A DNA stretch of 32,000 nt, taken from contig JABWAQ010000004.1 of NCBI GenBank assembly GCA_013360945.1, positions 2,891 to 34,890 on the forward strand, read 5' to 3'. The stretch is from Candidatus Brocadia sp. Lineage in GTDB: Bacteria; Planctomycetota; Brocadiia; Brocadiales; Brocadiaceae. A program made the translations under genes and the position numbers. Positions 15,529 to 26,098 of the stretch are shown piece by piece. How positions within the stretch are numbered: position 1 is the first letter of the stretch; every line of letters begins with the position of its first letter. The notes under the pieces are model-generated. The model searched no databases, had not been told where the DNA came from, and saw nothing but the letters and a program-made list of their open reading frames with translations.

Positions 15529-17355
15529 TTATTCAACCGTTACGCTTTTAGCGAGATTCCTGGGTTTATCGACATCACACCCCCGCATGACCGCCATATG
15601 ATAGGCCAGTAATTGGAGGGGAATTACAGAAAGGATCGGTGTGAGGCAGTCGGCGGTCTTGGGTATGTAAAAGACATGATCGACCTTTTCCCGAATCTGA
15701 TCGTCTCCTTCACTTGCAATGGCAATCAACCTTCCGCCCCGTGATCTGACCTCTGCGATATTACTTAAAATCTTCCCGTAGACGCTGTCTCTTGTAGCGA
15801 TAAAGACCACAGGCATATCTTTGTTAATAAGGGCAATGGGGCCGTGCTTCATCTCGGCTGCCGGGTAACCCTCGGCGTGGATATAGGATATCTCTTTGAG
15901 TTTTAATGCGCCCTCAAGCGCTACCGGGTAGTTGTATCCCCGCCCCAGATAGAGGGCGTTTTCACTGCCTTTATATATCCTTGCAAGTTCCACAATCTCC
16001 TTTTCCATGTTAAGGATAGTTTGAACCTTATCCGGGATTGACTGGATGACCTTGACCATATCGGAAGATGTCGTGGTGTGGGAATACTTCAGATTCATCA
16101 TATAAAGGGTAAACAAATACAAAACGGTAATCTGTGCAGTAAACGCCTTGGTGGATGCCACGCCAATCTCAGGGCCGATATGCAAATAAATCCCGCAATC
16201 GGCTTCCCGCGCGATGGTGCTGCCAACGACATTACAGATAGAAAGCAACTTGGCCCCTTTGTGTCTGGCCTCCCGCATTGCCGCCAGGGTGTCTGCTGTT
16301 TCACCGGACTGGCTTATGGCGATCACGACCGTGCCTTCTTCAATCACGGGATTCCGGTATCGAAATTCTGAGGCATATTCTACCTCAACGGGTATACGCG
16401 CCAGCTCTTCCAGCATGTATTCACCCACAAGCCCTGCATGCCAGGATGTGCCGCAGGCAACAATAACGATGCGCCTGGCCTCCCGAAGTTCCCTTTCGCA
16501 GCTTATCAATCCTCCGAGTTTAACCAAACCACGATCACCCTCTACTCTTCCCCGCATAACGTTTCGCAATGCCTGTGGTTGCTCATGGATCTCTTTGAGC
16601 ATAAAATGTTCATAGCCGCCCTTCTCGATCATGTCGATATTCCACAGTACTTCCTCAACTTTTTTATACGTGGGGGTATTTTGCATGGTCTTGGTTTCGT
16701 AATGGTTCATCGTAAGAATGGCCACCTCGTTATCGTCCAGATACACCACGTCCCTCGTATGCTCCAATGAAGCGGAAACATCTGAGGTTATAAAATATTC
16801 CCGGTTTCCGATCCCTATTACCAAAGGCGATCCCCTCCTTGCTGCTACGATCTTTTGGGGGTCCTTCGGGGAAATTACCGCAATGCCATAGGTTCCCTCA
16901 ACCTCTTTCAACGCCTCTATTACGGCCATTTCGAGGTTGTTCTGAAAATATTTTTCGATAAGATGCGCCAATACCTCCGTGTCTGTTTCGCTCTTAAAGA
17001 TATGCCCTTCCCGTTTCAATTTTGCTTTTAAGTAATCATAGTTCTCGATGATCCCATTATGCACTACGGCAATCCCGTTGTTGCAATCGACATGGGGATG
17101 GGCATTCTCCATAGTGGGGGCGCCGTGGGTAGCCCATCGAGTGTGGACGATTCCTATATGCGCGCTGAAATTGTTCCCATCGAGTTTCTTCTCCAGTTCG
17201 GAGATCTTGCCTACAGCCTTTTCGCATCTCAAAAGACCATTTTCAACAAATGCAATCCCGGAGGAATCATATCCGCGATATTCGAGTCTTTTGATACCGT
17301 CTAAGAGCACATTGACAGCCTCATGATGTCCAATATATCCTACTATTCCGCACAT
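15529..17355 (-). CDS. glmS: glutamine--fructose-6-phosphate aminotransferase
   Basis: MCGIVGYIG (Cys2 Ntn nucleophile), two SIS domains, C-terminal KSVTVE. I moved the start from the track's TTG 17370 to ATG 17355 so that Cys follows Met. Confidence 0.95.
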   Translation of the reverse strand: MCGIVGYIGHHEAVNVLLDGIKRLEYRGYDSSGIAFVENGLLRCEKAVGKISELEKKLDGNNFSAHIGIVHTRWATHGAPTMENAHPHVDCNNGIAVVHNGIIENYDYLKAKLKREGHIFKSETDTEVLAHLIEKYFQNNLEMAVIEALKEVEGTYGIAVISPKDPQKIVAARRGSPLVIGIGNREYFITSDVSASLEHTRDVVYLDDNEVAILTMNHYETKTMQNTPTYKKVEEVLWNIDMIEKGGYEHFMLKEIHEQPQALRNVMRGRVEGDRGLVKLGGLISCERELREARRIVIVACGTSWHAGLVGEYMLEELARIPVEVEYASEFRYRNPVIEEGTVVIAISQSGETADTLAAMREARHKGAKLLSICNVVGSTIAREADCGIYLHIGPEIGVASTKAFTAQITVLYLFTLYMMNLKYSHTTTSSDMVKVIQSIPDKVQTILNMEKEIVELARIYKGSENALYLGRGYNYPVALEGALKLKEISYIHAEGYPAAEMKHGPIALINKDMPVVFIATRDSVYGKILSNIAEVRSRGGRLIAIASEGDDQIREKVDHVFYIPKTADCLTPILSVIPLQLLAYHMAVMRGCDVDKPRNLAKSVTVE

Positions 17356-17372
17356 ACGTTTATCCCTCAAAA

Positions 17373-18383
17373 TTATTGTGATGTTCTCACAAGCCGTTTG
17401 ATTGTGTTGTATATTTCCGGTAATTTTTTAATCAATACCTGAATACGTTTTTCTTCAGCAATGGGTTTGGCCGGTGAACCCCATACCGTGGAGCCGGCCT
17501 CTAAGCTCTTATAAACATTGGAACCGCCGCCGATAATGCAGTTATCACCGATAGATATATGATCGGTAATGCCGACATCTTCAGCAATCAGGACATTCTT
17601 CCCGATTCTGGCGCTTCCTGCGATCTTTGCATATGCGATGAGCATGGTGTTGTCTCCTATGGTAACGTTATGGGCGATGTGAGAATGGTTGTCTATCTTT
17701 ACCCCGTTTCCAATAGTAGTCTTATCGAGCGCGGCGCGGCAGATCGTTACCATGGCGCCAATTTCCACATCGTCCCCTATTTCGACGATTCCTGCCTGTG
17801 GTATCTTAACGTGTCTGTTTTCACTTTGAAGATAACCGAATCCATCGTCTCCGAGAACGCTGTTACAATGAATAATAACCCGTTTACCAATGATAACATT
17901 TTCTCTAATGGATACATTGGCATAGATGACGGTGTCATCTCCAATGCAACTATCCCTGCCAATAAACGTGTTTGGATAAATGATAACATGGGTTCCTATC
18001 TTTACGTTATCTTCTATGACAACATTTGCCCCGATTGAAATCTCTCTTCCTATAGTGGCTTCTTTGCTAATGATAGCAGTAGGATGAATGCCTGTTGGTC
18101 GCGCATATCTTTTTTTTACCACGACTTCCATAAGCTTTGTAAAGGCAAGGTACGGGTTTTCTACAACAATGTGTGGTTTTTTGAGCGCTTGTATCTCGCG
18201 GTGTGTAATAATTGCAGAAGCATGAGATATCAAAGCCTGTGGGATCAGTGTGTCATTCTTGATAAAAGTTATATCCCCTTCTTTTGCAACTTCAACGCTG
18301 GCAATATTATTGATGCAGGTATCTCCATTGCCAATGATCCTTCCACCAACGATGGACTGAATTTCATTGAGTGTGAATTTCAT
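17373..18383 (-). CDS. lpxD: UDP-3-O-acylglucosamine N-acyltransferase
   Basis: 336 aa, with an N-terminal LpxD-type domain followed by long left-handed beta-helix hexapeptide repeats (IG.NV.I....I). It ends 2 nt before glmS. Confidence 0.88.
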   Translation of the reverse strand: MKFTLNEIQSIVGGRIIGNGDTCINNIASVEVAKEGDITFIKNDTLIPQALISHASAIITHREIQALKKPHIVVENPYLAFTKLMEVVVKKRYARPTGIHPTAIISKEATIGREISIGANVVIEDNVKIGTHVIIYPNTFIGRDSCIGDDTVIYANVSIRENVIIGKRVIIHCNSVLGDDGFGYLQSENRHVKIPQAGIVEIGDDVEIGAMVTICRAALDKTTIGNGVKIDNHSHIAHNVTIGDNTMLIAYAKIAGSARIGKNVLIAEDVGITDHISIGDNCIIGGGSNVYKSLEAGSTVWGSPAKPIAEEKRIQVLIKKLPEIYNTIKRLVRTSQ

Positions 18384-18484
18384 ATATCTTTTCTGTAAAT
18401 TCTCAATGTAAAGAGGAAAACTGAAACAAAGAAGTTGTCAGGCAGAGAAGATATCGGGTGATGCCGGTGTTTAATTTCCTCTAA

Positions 18485-19729
18485 TTACACCTGTCCAAGG
18501 ATAATGCTGGCATTATGTCCACCAAAACCGAATGAATTGGAAAGCGACTTCTTGACCTTCCTTTCCCGGGCCACATTGGGGACGAAATCCAACCCATCGC
18601 AATCAGGGTCAGGCGTCTCGTAGTTGATAGTAGGGGGGATTGTTCCATTTTTTATTACTAATGCACAGATAATAACTTCGACACTTCCTGAAGCCCCAAG
18701 TTGATGTCCTAACATAGACTTTGTAGAACTGATGGGGATTTTTGGCGCATGGAGTCCAAAAACCTTCTTTACTGCCTTCATTTCGATATTGTCGCCGATA
18801 GGGGTTGAGGTGGCATGGGCATTGATGTAATCTATCTCTTCGGGATTACACTGAGCGTCTTTCAGGGAGCTTCGCATGCACCGTATTGCCCCATCACCGT
18901 CAGGTTCTGGCGCTGCAATGTGATATGCATCTGCATTGAGCCCGTAGCCGAGTATCTCCGCATATATATATGCGCCTCTTTTCCTTGCCATCTCAAAATC
19001 CTCAACTACAACCACTCCTGATCCTTCTGAAATAACGAATCCATCACGGTCTTTATCGAAAGGACGGCTGGCTTTCTGTGGCGCATCATTACGGGTAGAG
19101 AGAGCTTTCATGGAGCTAAAACCACCGAGTCCCAAGGGGGTAATTACTGCCTCAGAACTACCAGTAACCATGATATCTGCATCACCCCTTTGTATAATAC
19201 GGACGGCTTCACCTATGGCATTGACACCGGTGGTACACGCTGTTACCAATGCATAATTGGGGCCTTTCATTCCAAATCGTATTGCCACCTGCGCCGGTGC
19301 CGCGTTGACCATCAATTTAGGAACCATGAAGGGTGATATCCTTGAAGGACCTTTATTTATCAGGATGCTGTGTTGTGCCTCAAGCTCTAACAAACCGCCC
19401 ATCCCGGAACCAATTACAACCCCAATCCTTGTGCGGTCAAAGCCTTCCAATTGCAGCCCGGCATCTTCTATGGCATGTATTGCGGCAACAACAGCGAATT
19501 GGGCAAAGCGATCTAACCGCCGCGCCTCCTTAATCTCAAACCATTTTGCCGGATCAAAATCACTGATCTCCCCACCGAAATGCACATCAAAAGCAGAGGT
19601 ATCGAAAAGGGTAAGAGGCTTTATACCACTTTTTCCCTCACACAATGCCGACCAGATTTGGTTTTTTTCCTGCCCTAATGGCGTTACCGCGCCAACACCG
19701 GTAATAACGACCCTTCGGCGTTTCTGCAT
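18485..19729 (-). CDS. fabF: 3-oxoacyl-ACP synthase II
   Basis: VTACTTG (active-site Cys), NAHATSTPIGD, GHQLGASG, FGFGGHNASIIL. The ATG directly abuts the acpP stop. Confidence 0.95.
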   Translation of the reverse strand: MQKRRRVVITGVGAVTPLGQEKNQIWSALCEGKSGIKPLTLFDTSAFDVHFGGEISDFDPAKWFEIKEARRLDRFAQFAVVAAIHAIEDAGLQLEGFDRTRIGVVIGSGMGGLLELEAQHSILINKGPSRISPFMVPKLMVNAAPAQVAIRFGMKGPNYALVTACTTGVNAIGEAVRIIQRGDADIMVTGSSEAVITPLGLGGFSSMKALSTRNDAPQKASRPFDKDRDGFVISEGSGVVVVEDFEMARKRGAYIYAEILGYGLNADAYHIAAPEPDGDGAIRCMRSSLKDAQCNPEEIDYINAHATSTPIGDNIEMKAVKKVFGLHAPKIPISSTKSMLGHQLGASGSVEVIICALVIKNGTIPPTINYETPDPDCDGLDFVPNVARERKVKKSLSNSFGFGGHNASIILGQV

Positions 19730-19963
19730 TTATTTGTGTTCCTCGATGTATTTGATGGCGTCTCCTACCGTCCTTATCTTCTCTGCATCTTCATCGGGGA
19801 TATTCATATCAAAGGCGTCTTCAAATTCCATGATCAGTTCTACAGTATCCAGAGAATCGGCTCCCAGGTCATTGATAAATGACGTCTCTTTTGTAATCTG
19901 TTCGGATTTTACTCCCATTTGTTTTGTGATAATTTCCTTAACCTTATCTTCAACTGCTGGCAC
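19730..19963 (-). CDS. acpP: acyl carrier protein
   Basis: [17 protein letters not shown] (phosphopantetheine Ser motif). GTG start with AAGGAGG 7 nt upstream. Confidence 0.95.
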   Translation of the reverse strand: MPAVEDKVKEIITKQMGVKSEQITKETSFINDLGADSLDTVELIMEFEDAFDMNIPDEDAEKIRTVGDAIKYIEEHK

Positions 19964-19985
19964 GGTTTTACCTCCTTGTTAAAAA

Positions 19986-20927
19986 TTAATTCGATTTTAC
20001 TATATTTTCAAAGGCCTCTACGGTGTCAATGTTTTTGATTTTCTGAGCAGGGTCAATCCTTTTCATGAGGCCTGACAGGGTTTTGCCAGGACCGATCTCA
20101 TAAAACTGATTAAATCCGTCTTGTATCAGCAGAGAGATCGACTGATGCCACCGCACGGGACTATTTAATTGTTTTGCCAAGGATGTCTTTATCTCGCAGG
20201 GTTCCCTAACGTATTGTGCATGGATATTTGCCACGACCGGGATCTTTGGTTTCGAGATTGGGGTTGATTCCAGTTCGTTTGAAAGTTTATCACTTGCCGG
20301 GATCATTAAATCCGAGTGAAATGCCCCGTCGACCTTCAGAGGAACAACCGTTCTTGCGCCCCGTTCCTTAGCCAGAACGGACACCTTCTCTAATAAAGCC
20401 TTTTCGCCGGAAATAACAACCTGTCCCGGGCTATTATAATTTGCGGCACAGATAACCCCCAATGGCCTTATCTCCTCACAAATCTGTTCTATCTTTTTGT
20501 CTTCCAGTCCAATAATGGAAACCATTCCGCCGGGATTTGCGTTACATGCTTCTTGCATAAACATTCCGCGTTTATAAACCAATCTTACGGCATCCTGAAA
20601 GGTCATCGAACCGGCGGCTACATGGGCGGTATATTCTCCCAGGCTCAGCCCGGCTGCAGCAAAGCAGGTATCACTCCGGATAGATGAATTTCCTTTCAAG
20701 ACCTCCAGGATTGCCAGACTATTTACGAGAATGGCAGGTTGACAAAGAGATGTCTTGTTCAATTCCTCCTGTTTCCCGTGAAAACACAGTGCGGCTAAAT
20801 CAAATCCCAGAATCTCATTTGCCTGATTGAACCTCTCCCGCGCCTCTTTGAAATGGGTATAATAATCCTTCCCCATTCCCACGTATTGTGTGCCCTGACC
20901 GGGGAAGAGAAATGCCGTCTTTCTCAT
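19986..20927 (-). CDS. fabD: malonyl CoA-ACP transacylase
   Basis: FLFPGQGTQYVGMG and GLSLGEYTA (GxSxG). Start placed at ATG 20927 (MRKTAFLFPGQG); ATG 20939 or the track's 20960 are alternatives. Confidence 0.9.
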   Translation of the reverse strand: MRKTAFLFPGQGTQYVGMGKDYYTHFKEARERFNQANEILGFDLAALCFHGKQEELNKTSLCQPAILVNSLAILEVLKGNSSIRSDTCFAAAGLSLGEYTAHVAAGSMTFQDAVRLVYKRGMFMQEACNANPGGMVSIIGLEDKKIEQICEEIRPLGVICAANYNSPGQVVISGEKALLEKVSVLAKERGARTVVPLKVDGAFHSDLMIPASDKLSNELESTPISKPKIPVVANIHAQYVREPCEIKTSLAKQLNSPVRWHQSISLLIQDGFNQFYEIGPGKTLSGLMKRIDPAQKIKNIDTVEAFENIVKSN

Positions 20928-20932
20928 GCCTT

Positions 20933-21922
20933 CTACCATCGAATGATTGAAGCCCCCCACGTCAATCCACCTCCGAATGCCACCAGCATAACAATGTCTC
21001 CTTTCGAGATGCGCCCTTCCTTTCTGGCCTCATCAATTGCAATGGGAATGGAGGCGGAGGATGTATTTCCATATTTATCGATGTTCACAAACGCCTTTTC
21101 CATGGGCAAGCCCAGTTTTTCCATGGTCGCTTCAATAATTCTGTAATTACTCTGATGGGGAATAATCAGGTCTATATCCTGCAGGCTAATACCATTTTTT
21201 TCTACGGTTTCTAAAATTAAACTTGTTATATTGTTAATCGCCAGTCTGAACACCTCTTTGCCTTTGAACTGGATATAATGTGTCCGCTGTTGAACCGATT
21301 CCAGAGAGGCAGGGTTTCTCGCTCCTCCTCCCGGCATGATAAGAACATCCGACTGCGAACCATCGGCTGCCAGGTTTGTAGCAAGAATTTCGTGTTTTGT
21401 GCGGCTTTTTTGTATAATAACAGCGCCGGCGCCGTCTCCAAATAATACGCAGGTTGTGCGGTCCGTATAATCGGTAATCTTCGATAAACATTCAGCGCCT
21501 ACCACCAGGATGGTTTCCATTGCCCCTGAATTTACGAAGCTTTCTCCAATAGATATTGCGTAAATGAATCCGGCGCATGCAGCCAATATATCAAACGCAC
21601 CGGCCCTGCTCGCGCCGATTTTCTGTTGTATAAAACAGGACGTCGAAGGGAAGATATGGTCGGGCGTAATGGTTGAGGTAATAATCATATCCAGATCTTG
21701 AGGAGAAACTCCGGCATCTTCCATCGCTCTGAGTGATGCCTGGGTGGCAAGATCAGATGTTATTTGACCATTTTCAACGATACGACGCTCTTTAATACCG
21801 GTCCGCTGGATAATCCAATCGTCACTGGTATCAACCATCTTTTCCAAATCGAAGTTTGTCAGGACCTTGCTTGGCAGGTAGGATCCTATACCTGTAATAG
21901 ATGCCCTTTGATTCTGTCGCAT
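20933..21922 (-). CDS. fabH: 3-oxoacyl-ACP synthase III
   Basis: AACAGFIYA (Cys), HQSNYRI (His), GNTSSASIP (Asn). Confidence 0.93.
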   Translation of the reverse strand: MRQNQRASITGIGSYLPSKVLTNFDLEKMVDTSDDWIIQRTGIKERRIVENGQITSDLATQASLRAMEDAGVSPQDLDMIITSTITPDHIFPSTSCFIQQKIGASRAGAFDILAACAGFIYAISIGESFVNSGAMETILVVGAECLSKITDYTDRTTCVLFGDGAGAVIIQKSRTKHEILATNLAADGSQSDVLIMPGGGARNPASLESVQQRTHYIQFKGKEVFRLAINNITSLILETVEKNGISLQDIDLIIPHQSNYRIIEATMEKLGLPMEKAFVNIDKYGNTSSASIPIAIDEARKEGRISKGDIVMLVAFGGGLTWGASIIRW

Positions 21923-21968
21923 GTATAATTCTAAATTATCCAGAGGAGATTAACTGGCGGCTACTTGG

Positions 21969-22985
21969 TTACGTAGCATGTACCGCAGTCACATGGGCCT
22001 TTTCCAGTTCGGAAACAATATGCTCGTTGATTTTGTTTTTTGACAACTGTAATGCAACTCTTACGGCATTTTGAATAGCCTTGGCATCAGACCTGCCATG
22101 ACATATAATACAAACACCGTTGACACCCAATAAAGGAACACCGCCATATTCAGCAAAATCCATTTTAGCCTTCAATGCCCCAAAGACCGGTTTGCACAAC
22201 AAGAGACCCAGCTTTGTCCAGAAGCTCTTCATGGCTTCTGCTTTAATTGTAGACAGAAGGCTCATAGAGAGCCCTTCGCCAAATTTTAACATAACATTTC
22301 CCACAAAACCTTCACAAACAACTATGTCGGCTTTACCATCAAATATTTCACAACCTTCTACGTTTCCCACAAAATTTAAATGCGAATTGGCGAGAAGGGC
22401 GAACGTCTCCTTTGCAAGGTCATTTCCCTTTGCGTCCTCTTCACCGATATTCAGGAGTCCCACCTTTGGATCTTTTATGCCGAAGATGTATTTACAAAAT
22501 ATCGCTGCCATGACACCGTACTGAAAGAGGTGTAATGGCTTACAGGCAATATTTGCTCCTACGTCAATAACCAGGCATGTTCCATGTCGCGTGGGAAATG
22601 GAACTGCAATACCCGGACGTCGTACCCCTTTAAGGGTTCGCAGATGCAGAGTCGATGCGGCAACTGTTGCGCCTGTGTGTCCGGCGCTCACCACCGCAGT
22701 GGCTTCTCCATTTGCAACAAGTTCGACACTTCGTGTAATTGACGAATTAGTCTTTTGGCGTATGGAATACGTTGCAGGGTCATCCATACTAACGACCTGA
22801 GATGCGTGGCGGATGACAATGTTCTTTGCATTCGTTCCTAAAGAGTCTAGTTCATGTCGTATCGCCTTTTCATCGCCGACCAATAAAATTTCATTGTCCG
22901 GAAATTGCCGGGCAGCCAGGACCGACCCCTTAACGATTTCGCGGGGGGCCTTATCCCCTCCCATTGCATCTACCGCAACTCTCAT
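21969..22985 (-). CDS. plsX: phosphate acyltransferase PlsX
   Basis: MRVAVDAMGGD and SAGHTGA. ATG 22985 with GGAAGG 7 nt upstream; the track's TTG 23000 would overlap rpmF. Confidence 0.93.
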   Translation of the reverse strand: MRVAVDAMGGDKAPREIVKGSVLAARQFPDNEILLVGDEKAIRHELDSLGTNAKNIVIRHASQVVSMDDPATYSIRQKTNSSITRSVELVANGEATAVVSAGHTGATVAASTLHLRTLKGVRRPGIAVPFPTRHGTCLVIDVGANIACKPLHLFQYGVMAAIFCKYIFGIKDPKVGLLNIGEEDAKGNDLAKETFALLANSHLNFVGNVEGCEIFDGKADIVVCEGFVGNVMLKFGEGLSMSLLSTIKAEAMKSFWTKLGLLLCKPVFGALKAKMDFAEYGGVPLLGVNGVCIICHGRSDAKAIQNAVRVALQLSKNKINEHIVSELEKAHVTAVHAT

Positions 22986-22989
22986 AGAC

Positions 22990-23217
22990 TTACCTTCCAA
23001 CAGAAATAACCTGTTTTCCTCGGTAATAGCCGCAATTATGACAAACCGTGTGTGGTTGATTTACCTGCTTGCAATGTGAGCAAATATAACGCTTTGAGCG
23101 TATTCCAGCGCCTTTCTCAATGTTTTCGGCAAGTGGAATAATGGGCGGGGTTAATTTGTCGTGCGTACGTCTTTTGCGCGTCCTTGAATTTGAAAACCTT
23201 CTCTTTGGATTAGGCAT
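22990..23217 (-). CDS. rpmF: 50S ribosomal protein L32
   Basis: MPNPKRRFSNSRTRKRRTHDKL, plus a CxxC...CxxC zinc ribbon (CSHCKQ...CHNCGYY). Confidence 0.93.
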   Translation of the reverse strand: MPNPKRRFSNSRTRKRRTHDKLTPPIIPLAENIEKGAGIRSKRYICSHCKQVNQPHTVCHNCGYYRGKQVISVGR

Positions 23218-23304
23218 TTGTCACCTCAATAAAAATTCGAATGTAAATATATCATTTTCTGTTTAAAGCTCTATAATATATTCCATGCATCATTTAAACC
23301 AAAA

Positions 23305-23333
23305 ATCTTATATGTTAATGCCATTATTGTCAA
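23305..23333 (-). promoter_or_regulatory. candidate promoter of the rpmF-plsX-fab operon
   Basis: On the minus strand: TTGACA (23333-23328), a 17-nt spacer, then TAAGAT (23310-23305), about 88 nt upstream of the rpmF ATG. Sequence match only. Confidence 0.3.
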
Positions 23334-23379
23334 GTGAAAATTCAGTGGTAAATTGTAGCAACCTGTTAATTTAATCCGA

Positions 23380-26088
23380 TTATATTTTTGTAGTTTTTCC
23401 ATGATGCTGCTTATTTAAATCCACCGTAGGCAAACGAACGTCATTGAGTATTTTTTTGTTTAATAACTCTGCTGCGAAGCTAAGCGCTTCATCTAACTTT
23501 TCTGTCCACTGTCCTCCAGCCTGTGCCATATCGGGTCTACCACCACCTCCACCGCCAACCACCTTTGCTACTTCCTTTGAGATAACTCCTGCATGCAAAC
23601 CGCGCTTAACTAAACCAGGGCTTACAGCAGCAACGATCGTCACACGCCCATCCTGGGCGGTCCCTAATACAATCGCCAATTCTTTGGTCGATTTCATCAG
23701 CATGTCGACCGTTTTTCTTAAATCATCTATGGTTGCATCCTCTAATTTCTTTGTAATAATTTTTACTCCTGAAACTTCTCTGGCATCCTCAATAAAAGAA
23801 TCGACCTTGCCGCTTATCTCCTTTTGTTTTACCTTATGGATCTCTTTTTGCAGATTCTTCAATCCCATGAGTAATTCCTGTGTTTTTGTGATTAGCTTAT
23901 CCTCGCTGGTGTTCAGGAGGTTACACATCTCCAGGACAAGTTCCTCTTTTTCCCTATCCCTATTTAATGCCGCTATGCCTGTCATCGCTTCAATACGCCT
24001 GACTCCTGCAGCAATGGAGGAGTCACCAATGATTCTGAATAATCCAATTTCTCCTGAATTATGTACATGTGTTCCGCCGCACAGTTCCTTGCTGAAATCA
24101 CCAACCGAGGCCATCCTGACCTCTTCTCCGTATTTTTCTCCAAACAGGGCCATAGCGCCCTCTTTCCTTGCCTCCTGGATAGATAATTCTTTTACCGTTA
24201 CAGGCACATTTTCCAAAATTATCTCATTGACCATATCCTCGATTCGTATTGTTTCTTCTTTGGTTAAACCGGAGAAATGATGAAAATCAAATCGCAGGCG
24301 GTCGGGTGTTACCTGGGAACCTGCCTGCTCTGCATGCTGGCCAATCACTTTTCGCAAGACGTAATGGAGGATATGCGTTGCCGAATGATTTCTTCGGATA
24401 GAGTCTCTCCGCCGGATGTCAATTCTCGCGTTAACCAGACTGCCATTTCTTAGTTCCCCTTTCATTACCTTGCCTATGTGCAAGATAAAATCAGTATTCT
24501 TTTTCGTATCAGTAATGCGTACCTGATTCCCATCCGATTCCAGGACGCCGGTATCGCCAATTTGTCCTCCCGATTCACCGTAAAAGGGCGTCTGATCTAA
24601 AATTACCGTAACTTCACTTCCTGCCGTAGCCGCATCAACGAGTTGATCGCCCTGGATAATGGCAATTACCCTGCCTTCACTTTCGAATTTCTTGTAGCCC
24701 AGAAATTCCGTGCCTTTCGAGATGTCTTTGATTTTACTCAGCGGGCCTGTATCAAAGACCTGGCCCGTCATCTGAGATGATGTTCGTGCCTGTAATCTCT
24801 GCCTTTTGAGTTCGCTCTCAAAGCCATCTTTGTCCACCGTAAACCCTTTCTCGGCGAGAATCGATTCCGTCATATCCAAAGGGAAACCATAGGTATCGTA
24901 TAACCTAAAGGCTTCCTGGCCCGGAAGAACTTTTTGGCTGTTCTTTTGCAAAGCATCCATCGATTCTTTCAGTCGTGCGGTGCCCAGCTCCAGAGTCTCA
25001 TGGAATTTCTCTTCTTCACTTTTCACAATCCGTGCAATGTTTTCTCTGCGCTGCTTAATATCGGGGTAGTACTCCTGCATCACCTTGCTTATAATGGGAA
25101 CCAGTTTATACAAAAAGCAGTCTTTTACACCAAGTTGCGTGCCGTCCCGTATCGCGCGCCGCAACAACCGTCTCTCTATATATCCACGCCCCTCATTGCC
25201 GGGCAGCACCCCGTCAGAAATGCAAAATACACAAGCCTTCACATGGTCTGCAATGCGGCGCATGAGCACGGCGTGCTCCGGTTGTCCGTTATATTTTAAA
25301 CCGGTGATTTCTTCCAAGGATTCGATGATAGGGCTGAAGATGTCAATATCGAAGTTGGTTTTTACCCCTTGCATGACCCGTGCCATCCTTTCCAACCCCA
25401 TGCCCGTATCGACATTTTTGTGGGGTAACGGCAGAAGTTTGCCGCCCTCCGTGCGGTCGTACTGGGTGAACACGAGATTCCATATCTCCACAAATCGGTC
25501 ACAATCACACGCGGGATCACATTCCTTTCGTCCGCAACCAACTTTGTCTCCCTGGTCAAAAAATATCTCGGAACACGGACCGCAAGGTCCGTTTGGTCCT
25601 AAGAGGGGTGCATTTGCCGGCCAGAAGTTGTCTTTTTCATCATACCGGTAAATCTTTGATTTGGGGACACCGACATGTTTTTCCCAGATTTCGTATGATT
25701 CCTGATCATCTTTATAGACGCTTACGCTCAGACGTTCCGCGGGAATTTTTAACTCCTGCACCAGGAATTCCCATGCCCATTCAATGGTCTCTTTCTTAAA
25801 ATAATCCCCAAAGGAAAAATTTCCCAGCATCTCAAAAAAGGTATGATGGGAAGCCGTCTTGCCCACATTATCAATATCCCCGGTACGGAGACATTTCTGG
25901 CAGGTAACGGCCTTTTTAAAATTTAAATTCCCTTTACCCAGAAACATGTCTTTAAACTGATTCATTCCCGCACCGGTAAAGAGGAGCGTAGGATCGTTCT
26001 GGGGAACCAATGAGTCGCTGGGCCAGATTACGTGCGACTTTTTTTCGAAAAATTTCAGGAATTTATTACGAATCTCATTTGTCTTCAT
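23380..26088 (-). CDS. alaS: alanine--tRNA ligase
   Basis: FTGAGMNQFK, WNLVFTQY, HSATHILH (editing domain), C-terminal GGGGGGRPDMAQAGG. Start placed at ATG 26088 (MKTNEIRNKFLKFF); the track's 26109 would overlap recA. Confidence 0.95.
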   Translation of the reverse strand: MKTNEIRNKFLKFFEKKSHVIWPSDSLVPQNDPTLLFTGAGMNQFKDMFLGKGNLNFKKAVTCQKCLRTGDIDNVGKTASHHTFFEMLGNFSFGDYFKKETIEWAWEFLVQELKIPAERLSVSVYKDDQESYEIWEKHVGVPKSKIYRYDEKDNFWPANAPLLGPNGPCGPCSEIFFDQGDKVGCGRKECDPACDCDRFVEIWNLVFTQYDRTEGGKLLPLPHKNVDTGMGLERMARVMQGVKTNFDIDIFSPIIESLEEITGLKYNGQPEHAVLMRRIADHVKACVFCISDGVLPGNEGRGYIERRLLRRAIRDGTQLGVKDCFLYKLVPIISKVMQEYYPDIKQRRENIARIVKSEEEKFHETLELGTARLKESMDALQKNSQKVLPGQEAFRLYDTYGFPLDMTESILAEKGFTVDKDGFESELKRQRLQARTSSQMTGQVFDTGPLSKIKDISKGTEFLGYKKFESEGRVIAIIQGDQLVDAATAGSEVTVILDQTPFYGESGGQIGDTGVLESDGNQVRITDTKKNTDFILHIGKVMKGELRNGSLVNARIDIRRRDSIRRNHSATHILHYVLRKVIGQHAEQAGSQVTPDRLRFDFHHFSGLTKEETIRIEDMVNEIILENVPVTVKELSIQEARKEGAMALFGEKYGEEVRMASVGDFSKELCGGTHVHNSGEIGLFRIIGDSSIAAGVRRIEAMTGIAALNRDREKEELVLEMCNLLNTSEDKLITKTQELLMGLKNLQKEIHKVKQKEISGKVDSFIEDAREVSGVKIITKKLEDATIDDLRKTVDMLMKSTKELAIVLGTAQDGRVTIVAAVSPGLVKRGLHAGVISKEVAKVVGGGGGGRPDMAQAGGQWTEKLDEALSFAAELLNKKILNDVRLPTVDLNKQHHGKTTKI

Positions 26089-26098
26089 AGCAATTAAA

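Noticed and set aside
16078-17326. Cluster of 60-130-aa + strand ORFs inside glmS, with similar ones inside lpxD, plsX, recA, gltX and asd
   Set aside because: All are opposite-strand shadows of motif-verified housekeeping genes.
17356-17372. glmS ribozyme or other leader upstream of glmS
   Set aside because: glmS starts 17 nt after the lpxD stop at 17373, or 2 nt after it by the track's TTG 17370, so there is no room for a ribozyme. The two genes look co-transcribed.
19257-19982. 241-aa + strand ORF overlapping fabF/acpP
   Set aside because: It is antisense to two strongly supported genes. The translation is P/S/A-rich with no recognisable domain.
23444-24280. 278-aa + strand ORF, plus further long + strand ORFs at 24934-25299 and 25085-25651, inside the alaS region
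   Set aside because: They are antisense shadows of alaS, which has unmistakable AlaRS motifs on the - strand. The + strand translations are low-complexity (S/P/F-rich) with no motifs.
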